In this document: positions 19,788-26,287 of the stretch, piece by piece
How positions within the stretch are numbered: the stretch's first letter is position 1
Layout of the letters: each line of letters starts with the position of its first letter
Assembly: GCA_031411295.1 (NCBI GenBank)
Contig: JANOAV010000042.1
Location: 1 to 29,199, forward strand
From: Verrucomicrobiales bacterium
GTDB taxonomy: Bacteria > Verrucomicrobiota > Verrucomicrobiia > Verrucomicrobiales > V1-33
Length of the DNA: 29,199 nucleotides
Reading direction: 5' to 3'
Program-made: the position numbers and the translations under genes
The notes under the pieces: model-generated
What the model saw: only the letters and a program-made list of their open reading frames with translations
Database searches by the model: none
What the model was told of the DNA's origin: nothing

Positions 19788-22700
19788 AGCCCATGACCGC
19801 ACAAGAACGCACGGAGGCGCGACGAGTGATCGATGCTTGGAATCCGCCCACGCCAACCTACGGCTCGCCCATGTTGGTGCACCGCGAGTTTGCCGAATGG
19901 GCCCGCAAGCAACCAGATGCCATTGCCATCATCAGTCAGGAGGAAACGCTTTCCTATGCAGAGCTTGATGTCCGCTCCAATCAACTGGCCCGCCATCTGC
20001 AGAGCCTGGGCGCAGGACCAGAAATCCCTGTCGCCCTTTGCTTCGAACGTTCGGTCGATTTTATCGTCGGCCTGCTTGGCATCGCGAAGAGCGGCGGGGC
20101 CTGTGTCTTGCTTGATCCTTCCTATCCCCCGCATCGCCTGACGACCATGCTCAAGGAGGCTGGGGCGCGCCTGCTAGTGACGCGCGAGTCCACCGCCCGG
20201 GCCTTGTTGCCCCATGAGGCCGTCGTCGTTGCAGTGGATCGCGACCGAGCCTCCCTCGCGGCCCAGAGTGATCATCCTGTCTCTGATGGGGTGGATGCAG
20301 GCAGCCTCTCCTGCATTTTTTTCACTTCCGGATCGACTGGCATTCCTAAAGCTGTGATGTGGCAATACACCCGCAGCGTCGAAGCCAGTCCGGTGCCGCA
20401 TCCTCCGCGCCCCAAGCCAGTCATAGCGGAGCCCAGGGACCGGCATCTCTTCAAGGCCAGCGTCGGCTTCACCCTGGTATCGCTGGAAGTGCATGGTCCA
20501 TTGCGCTCGGGCGGCACCGTGGTCATTATTCCACCGGGGCAGGAACAGGATCCGCAATTTCTCGTGGCGCAAATCCTCCAGCATCACGTCGTTTCCATCG
20601 CCCTGGTGCCCACGCTGCTCCAACTCATCCTGGAGGAACCGCAACTTGCGCAATGTCAGTCCCTCAGGGAAATCTTTTGCTTTGGGGAAAAACTTTCACA
20701 GCGTCTCTGTCAGGACGTTTTTGCCAAAACGAAGGCTCAGCTCACCATGGTTTTCGGGCTCACCGAAGCCCCCAGCGCCACCAGTTGGACCGCGCTCGAT
20801 GCGGCATCGCTGCGACCGGGTGCGGTTGGTTTCGTCAATCCCTCACGTCGGGTTTATGTCCTAGATGCCGAGCTGCAACCGCTTCCTCCAGGCGCCACCG
20901 GTGAAATCTTCGTCGGCGGCAATATTTCCCGAGGCTATGCCGGCCGTCCGGCGTTTACCGCCGAACGATTCCTGCCGGATCCCTTCTCGCCCGTTCCCGG
21001 TGCCCGCATGTATCGCTCCGGGGATCATGGCCGCTTTGCGGCGGATGGGATGCTGGAGTTTGTCGGACGGGTGGATGACCAAGTAAAAATCCGCGGCTTC
21101 CGCGTTGAAATTGCGGAAATAGAGACCGCGCTCGCTGAGCATCCGCAGGTTAGGACCGCCGTGGTCATCGCTCATGACGCAGGTGGCGCTGGACCGGTGC
21201 TTGCGGCCTATTACCTTGCAAGAGACGCGAGCACCCCACCGCCGGTAGAATCCGAACTCATCCGCCACCTGCGCGCTCGACTCCCGGCCTTCATGGTGCC
21301 GGCCCGGGTGATGCGGCTGGAGACCTTCCCGCTTAATCGTAATGGCAAATTGGATCGCAACGCTTTTCCTCTGCCGGACACCCTAGCCTCCCGCAGCGAT
21401 ATCCCCGTGGTGGCCCCCAGAACGCCCGTGGAAATCACGCTCTGTCGCATCTGGGAGGAAATCCTGGCGCACTCACCCATTGGGATTCACGATGACTTTT
21501 TCGATCTCGGCGGCCACTCCATTCATGCCGCCCGAATCACGGCCCGGGCCCGACGCGACTTAACCATTGACCTGTCGGTCACGGAACTCTTCAATTACTC
21601 CACCATCGCAAGCCTAGCCGCGCAGATCGAAAACCTAAGATCTTCCGCCCCCTCCACCCTAACAGCACTGCCGCCGCTCCTCCCCGCCTGCTCACTGGAT
21701 CCTGCCAAACCCGCCCCTACCAGTTGTTGCCAACGCAGCATGATTAAGGAAAACGAGCGTGCAATCGCGCGCGGTGCCCCTTCCAATACTGGCCTCTTTC
21801 ATTTTGAGCTGCGTGGCCCCCTCCAGACGTTCGCGCTGACGCAGGCGCTCCATGAAATCCTGCGTCGGCACCACCTCTTGCGCACCATTTATCAACGGGA
21901 CGGGACGCGAATTTGGCAGCAGGTCCAGCCCGTGGATCTATTCAAACTCGAGTTCATCGAGGCCAGGCATCTCAGCCCGACCGAACTTACAGAGCGTGCC
22001 AAGGAGCTCCACCAGCGACACGCCAACACGCCGTTCGATCTTTTCCATGAGCTGCCGCTGCGGGCCACCCTCCTGCACAGCACGGACGTCCGGCACCACT
22101 TCATCCTGTCAATGCATCACGTCATTTATGACCAAGTCACTTCACGTGCTTTATTGCAGGAACTCTGGACGCTCTACGAATCTTTCGTCAAGTCAGCTCC
22201 CTCGCCTTTACCCGAGCCCTCGTTGCAATACGCGGATTACGCCGCTTGGGAATCCGCTTGGGTGCGACGCGGCATGCCGCACTTTGATTCACTGGCGAAC
22301 TATTGGCTTCACCAACTAGCCGATGCCCCGCCCAGCCCCGAAGGCATGTTGGCGGCCACCGTGCCAGTCTCCCAACCTGCCATGGAAGACAGCATCCACC
22401 CCATCGAACTAACCCCTGAGAGCACCGCCCACGTGCGTCAGTTGGCGCGGGAGGAAAAGGCCACCGTATTCATGATCCTGCTTGCGGCCGTCAAAGCCGT
22501 ATTCCATCTCAGTGGAGGCATTACCGACATCATCCTCAAGACCTTCGTCGATGGTCGCACCCGACCGGAGTTAAACGATCTCTTTGGCTGCTTCATTCAA
22601 GGGCTTCCGCTCCGGACCACCGTCACCAGCAATCTAACTTTTTCGCAATGCGTGCAGCGGGTGCGTTCCACCTGCCTGCAGGCCTTTACCCATCAGGACC

Positions 22701-23083
22701 TGCCCGCCGACAAAATTGGCGACGCCCTGCGACGCAACGGTCATCCGCCGCTGGATATCAGTGCCGCCATCCAGATCTTGGAAGTAACCCATGCGCTCAG
22801 CGGACCAACGGACCTAACCGTAGAACGCCTCGAATTCGGACCCTCCTTCCCCATCGATGACACCGATTTTTATATTCAGTTTACCGACGATGGCGAAATC
22901 CTCTCCGGAAAACTCTACAGCGGCTCCGGCCGCATGTGTCCCCAGCGACTGCGCCACTTCACCAAAGCGCTCACCGTGCTATTGTCCCAAGGCACCCTGG
23001 AGCCAACCACCCAACTGCAAGCGTTAGCTGGGCTCGTCTCCCCGTTGCCACAGACGCAGGAAACTATTTCGATCATTCCTTGA
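19784..23083 (+). CDS. Monomodular NRPS, A-T-C, 1099 aa
   Basis: A domain (FFTSGSTGIPKA, YRSGD, NGKLDR), T domain (FFDLGGHS), C-terminal C domain (HHVIYDQ); translationally coupled to mbtH. Confidence 0.95.
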   Translation: MKPMTAQERTEARRVIDAWNPPTPTYGSPMLVHREFAEWARKQPDAIAIISQEETLSYAELDVRSNQLARHLQSLGAGPEIPVALCFERSVDFIVGLLGIAKSGGACVLLDPSYPPHRLTTMLKEAGARLLVTRESTARALLPHEAVVVAVDRDRASLAAQSDHPVSDGVDAGSLSCIFFTSGSTGIPKAVMWQYTRSVEASPVPHPPRPKPVIAEPRDRHLFKASVGFTLVSLEVHGPLRSGGTVVIIPPGQEQDPQFLVAQILQHHVVSIALVPTLLQLILEEPQLAQCQSLREIFCFGEKLSQRLCQDVFAKTKAQLTMVFGLTEAPSATSWTALDAASLRPGAVGFVNPSRRVYVLDAELQPLPPGATGEIFVGGNISRGYAGRPAFTAERFLPDPFSPVPGARMYRSGDHGRFAADGMLEFVGRVDDQVKIRGFRVEIAEIETALAEHPQVRTAVVIAHDAGGAGPVLAAYYLARDASTPPPVESELIRHLRARLPAFMVPARVMRLETFPLNRNGKLDRNAFPLPDTLASRSDIPVVAPRTPVEITLCRIWEEILAHSPIGIHDDFFDLGGHSIHAARITARARRDLTIDLSVTELFNYSTIASLAAQIENLRSSAPSTLTALPPLLPACSLDPAKPAPTSCCQRSMIKENERAIARGAPSNTGLFHFELRGPLQTFALTQALHEILRRHHLLRTIYQRDGTRIWQQVQPVDLFKLEFIEARHLSPTELTERAKELHQRHANTPFDLFHELPLRATLLHSTDVRHHFILSMHHVIYDQVTSRALLQELWTLYESFVKSAPSPLPEPSLQYADYAAWESAWVRRGMPHFDSLANYWLHQLADAPPSPEGMLAATVPVSQPAMEDSIHPIELTPESTAHVRQLAREEKATVFMILLAAVKAVFHLSGGITDIILKTFVDGRTRPELNDLFGCFIQGLPLRTTVTSNLTFSQCVQRVRSTCLQAFTHQDLPADKIGDALRRNGHPPLDISAAIQILEVTHALSGPTDLTVERLEFGPSFPIDDTDFYIQFTDDGEILSGKLYSGSGRMCPQRLRHFTKALTVLLSQGTLEPTTQLQALAGLVSPLPQTQETISIIP

Positions 23084-23188
23084 AGCTAGCGGACGGTCGG
23101 CCCGAAGCGAACCCCAGACCGCGTATCTTTTCTTTGGTTCTTTGACGCAACCATTGCCAAAAGCCGGGATCTTTGATATTTCCGAGGC

Positions 23189-24787
23189 ATGACGCGTTAT
23201 TTGGCTTTCCTCATCCTCTGTGCTTCCGTGCGGGCAGAAGCGACTCAATACTGGGTTTACAAATCCGCCAACCTCCTGGTCCCAGAGCAAGTGGAGGCTA
23301 CGGCACAGTTGCTGAAGCGCGCTGGAGCGGTTGGTTATACTCATTGCCTGCTGACAGATTCAAAATTTTCACGCTTGAAGGAAATGCCCGAACGGTATTT
23401 CGCAAACGTGGCGAAAATCAAGGCCATGGCCTTGGAGTCCCATATCGAATTGGTGCCAGCGTTGTTTTCCATCGGTTATTCAAACGATCTGTTGTCCCGG
23501 GATCCTAACTTAGCAGAGGGGATGCCCGTGCGGGATTGTCCGTTCGTAGTCAAGCAAGGCCAAGCAGTGCTCATGGCCGATCCAACCCTGCGCATCAAGG
23601 GCGGGGACTTCACGGATGGGGCCAAGGGCTGGGGCTGGAAGGATGATACCATTAACGTTAGCGATGGGGTGGCCACGAGTCGCGAACCCAATGGCAAAAA
23701 CGCCCGCATCAGCCAAACGTTGCAACTCCAGCCGTGGCGCCAGTATCACATCACGGTCCGCGTCCGATCCAAGGCTTATCAAGGCACTCCTGAGGTAAAG
23801 CTCATCAATGCCGATGGTCTCACCCTTAATTTTGATTACCTCAAAATGGCTCCCACGCAGGATTGGAAAGTGCATCACATCGTCTTCAACTCGCAGGCCA
23901 ATCCAAAGGTGAATCTTTATCTGGGCTGCTGGGACGGACGCAGTGGGGAAATGAGTTGGGATGATGTTACGATTGAGGAATGCCCCTTCGTCAATTTAAT
24001 CCGCCGGGAGCAGGCCCCCTTGCAGGTTAAAACGGCGGACGGTCGCCTGCTGGTCGAGGGCAAGGATTATGAACCACTGCATGATCCCCTGCTGGGCACG
24101 CAACCATACGCTGGTTGTTTCACCATTTACCATGAGCCACCCGTCCTCCGCACCAAACTGCCGGACGGCACCAAACTCCTGATTTCCTACTACCATGCCG
24201 TGACCGTGCACGACGACCAAGCCAACATCTGCGTCAGCGAGCCCAAGACGTTGGATATCCTGCGAGACCAAGCCACGAGGGTGCACGCCGCCTTCGGTGC
24301 CAAAGGCTACTTCATGTCCCATGACGAAATCCGCGTCTTCAATTGGAGCGAACTCCCTGACGGCAAAATGCTCACCGCCGGACAACTCCTGGCGGAGAAT
24401 GTGCGGGCGTGCACTGGCATTTTGCGCAAGGTGAATCCTCAGGGCAAGATCTACGTTTGGGGTGATATGTTTGACCCGAACCACAACGCGCATGACAAAT
24501 ATTACCTTGCCAATGGTGACTACGCTGGCTCTTGGGAAGGCCTGGACCAGGAGGTTACGGTGGTGCCATGGGCCTTTGAGTTGCGCAACAAATCAATTCC
24601 GTTTCACGCCGGGCGGGGACACCATCAGATCTTGGCAGGCTATTACGATCAGCCTGATAAACTGAACGCCAAGGAATGGTTGGAGGCCGGGGCCAAGTCG
24701 CCCAACGTGGACGGAATCATGTTTACGACTTGGAAGAATGACTATTCTAAACTGGAAGCCTTCATTCAGCAGGCCAAACAGCGCTAG
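23189..24787 (+). CDS. Secreted GH20-like (hexosaminidase-fold) glycoside hydrolase with inserted CBM-like beta-sandwich
   Basis: Signal peptide MTRYLAFLILCASVRAEA; GH20-like motifs ELVP...GY, FMSHDEIR (adjacent DE pair), VWGDM, GIMFTTW; central insert (GGDFT...ISQTLQLQPWRQYHITVRVR...WDDVTIEE) looks like a CBM4/9-type domain. Confidence 0.65.
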   Translation: MTRYLAFLILCASVRAEATQYWVYKSANLLVPEQVEATAQLLKRAGAVGYTHCLLTDSKFSRLKEMPERYFANVAKIKAMALESHIELVPALFSIGYSNDLLSRDPNLAEGMPVRDCPFVVKQGQAVLMADPTLRIKGGDFTDGAKGWGWKDDTINVSDGVATSREPNGKNARISQTLQLQPWRQYHITVRVRSKAYQGTPEVKLINADGLTLNFDYLKMAPTQDWKVHHIVFNSQANPKVNLYLGCWDGRSGEMSWDDVTIEECPFVNLIRREQAPLQVKTADGRLLVEGKDYEPLHDPLLGTQPYAGCFTIYHEPPVLRTKLPDGTKLLISYYHAVTVHDDQANICVSEPKTLDILRDQATRVHAAFGAKGYFMSHDEIRVFNWSELPDGKMLTAGQLLAENVRACTGILRKVNPQGKIYVWGDMFDPNHNAHDKYYLANGDYAGSWEGLDQEVTVVPWAFELRNKSIPFHAGRGHHQILAGYYDQPDKLNAKEWLEAGAKSPNVDGIMFTTWKNDYSKLEAFIQQAKQR

Positions 24788-24844
24788 AGACTCTCCTTAA
24801 ATGCGCGGTTGCCATCGATCCGTGGCCTTAGAAATTCACCTATC

Positions 24845-25426
24845 ATGCCCTCCCCTGCTTCCCCGGCTACCACCCCGCATCAACTGCTCGATTTATTCAT
24901 GCCGTTGGCGTTTTTTTACGCCCGGCAAGAAACCTCCATGCCGCAGCAAGTATTAATTCAAGGAGCTACGATGCCTGAGCCCTATCAGCATCTCTTGGTG
25001 CATGAGAGTGACATGACCCCACGCCTGCGCAACTTCCATGGCACTGAGATTGGCCTGCGGGTGGTGGAACGCGAAGTGAGTGAGGATTTTGTCATGCGCT
25101 TGGTGGTGTTATTCCGTCAAGACAACCTCCAACCAGTGGAAATTGGGGCCATCGGTATTCAGTTGGCTGGCTTCCCAGAGGAAACGCGGGCGGGCATCCT
25201 GGCAGGAACCATTCCGCTGGGCGGCCTACTGGAAGCCCACGAGATCCAGCACGAAAGCGCCCCCAAGGCCTATTTTTCCATCACCGCAGATGCCTTTCTA
25301 GCTGAATTGCTCGGGGCTCCCATTGGCACCACCTTGTATGGCCGCTGCAACGCGCTTTCCCATACCGATGGCATGATCTTCGCAGACATCGTGGAAATTT
25401 TACCACTCGCGCATGGCCAAAACTAA
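24845..25426 (+). CDS. Chorismate-lyase/UTRA-fold-like protein (UbiC/Rv2949c-like)
   Basis: LLVHESDMTPRL...RLVVL...ILAGTIPLGGLL...YGR...EIL pattern resembles chorismate pyruvate-lyase-fold proteins; ATG at 24845 preferred over the upstream TTG. Confidence 0.55.
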   Translation: MPSPASPATTPHQLLDLFMPLAFFYARQETSMPQQVLIQGATMPEPYQHLLVHESDMTPRLRNFHGTEIGLRVVEREVSEDFVMRLVVLFRQDNLQPVEIGAIGIQLAGFPEETRAGILAGTIPLGGLLEAHEIQHESAPKAYFSITADAFLAELLGAPIGTTLYGRCNALSHTDGMIFADIVEILPLAHGQN

Positions 25427-25856
25427 CAAGTCAGATTCCGCTACGGATCTGAAATCGGCTCGCCTAGCCGTGCAGCAAATCTACGCCGAACTGGCCGCTC
25501 GCCCCATTGCTCGAAACTGCACTGGCATCTCGGAATGTTGTCGTTTCAAACTGACCGGGCGCACCCCATTCATCACGAAAGGCGAGGCCCTCGTGGCCTG
25601 GCAAGGCATCCGCGCCAGTGGTCGTAAGCAACTCCCCGAGAGTGTGGGCGGAGCCTGCCCGCTGCTGAAGCCCGATGGCAAATGCATGATCTACCAGCAT
25701 CGCCCCTTCGGTTGTCGCACTCATTTCTGCAAAGCCGCCGGCGGCCCCTACGCTCGCGAGGAAGTGCGGGATCTGATTCAACGCCTGGAAGCCATCGATA
25801 AATCCCTGGGCGGAGACGGCGGAGTAAACCTGCCGGGAGCGCTGGCAGCGGTTTGA
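25413..25856 (+). CDS. YkgJ-family (CxxCxxCC) cysteine-cluster Zn/Fe-S protein
   Basis: NCTGISECC, CPLL, CMIYQHRPFGCRTHFC motifs; overlaps the upstream gene by 14 nt. Confidence 0.85.
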   Translation: MAKTNKSDSATDLKSARLAVQQIYAELAARPIARNCTGISECCRFKLTGRTPFITKGEALVAWQGIRASGRKQLPESVGGACPLLKPDGKCMIYQHRPFGCRTHFCKAAGGPYAREEVRDLIQRLEAIDKSLGGDGGVNLPGALAAV

Positions 25857-26002
25857 TGCCTCTGAAAGTTTGTGACGACGATCAGTTTTAGCTGGTGCGC
25901 AGCAAGATAGTCCATGCAATTACTGCTCGGCCTTTGGGGACGGAAATCCAGTTTGGCGTATTACCTGGTCAAAGGAAAACGCAAGAAATCCTTACGACAA
26001 CC

Positions 26003-26030
26003 TTGCCAACTGCTCCGGCATCCCTAAGCT
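26003..26030 (+). promoter_or_regulatory. Possible sigma70-type promoter upstream of the R-M gene
   Basis: TTGCCA-N16-TAAGCT in the intergenic region; sequence match only. Confidence 0.25.
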
Positions 26031-26287
26031 AGGGGGCCTAACGGTGCCCATTTTACATTTGAGCGCCCAACGATGCCCCTTCTCAAGTGCCTGCTAAGAC
26101 CAAATCCACGACTATAGACTCCTCGGAAAACATAGGACTCACGACTATGCTAATGGCCACAAGTTGTCCAACGACTTGCACGCCGCTCATGGCAGCAGCA
26201 TGGCATAGCTCGGCGCGGCCAAGCCGCGACTTTAGTGCAGGGAGGTGCTTTAACCGGGATAACGCTATGAACTTCTCCCTCAACTAA

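Noticed and set aside
5723..22860. Numerous short or antisense ORFs inside the two NRPS genes (e.g. 15431-16279, 9700-10428, 19391-20134)
   Set aside because: Expected shadows in GC-rich coding DNA; no independent evidence.
23090..23142. Possible intrinsic terminator after the second NRPS (cggtc...gaccg followed by T-rich tract)
   Set aside because: Short stem, large loop and a gap before the T-tract; too weak to call.
25857..26287. Intergenic region with repeated cacgactat and two 66-aa ORFs; candidate ncRNA, att site or CRISPR
   Set aside because: Only two copies of a 9-mer, no tRNA, array or convincing structure. No RNA genes, CRISPR arrays or transposases were seen anywhere in the window.
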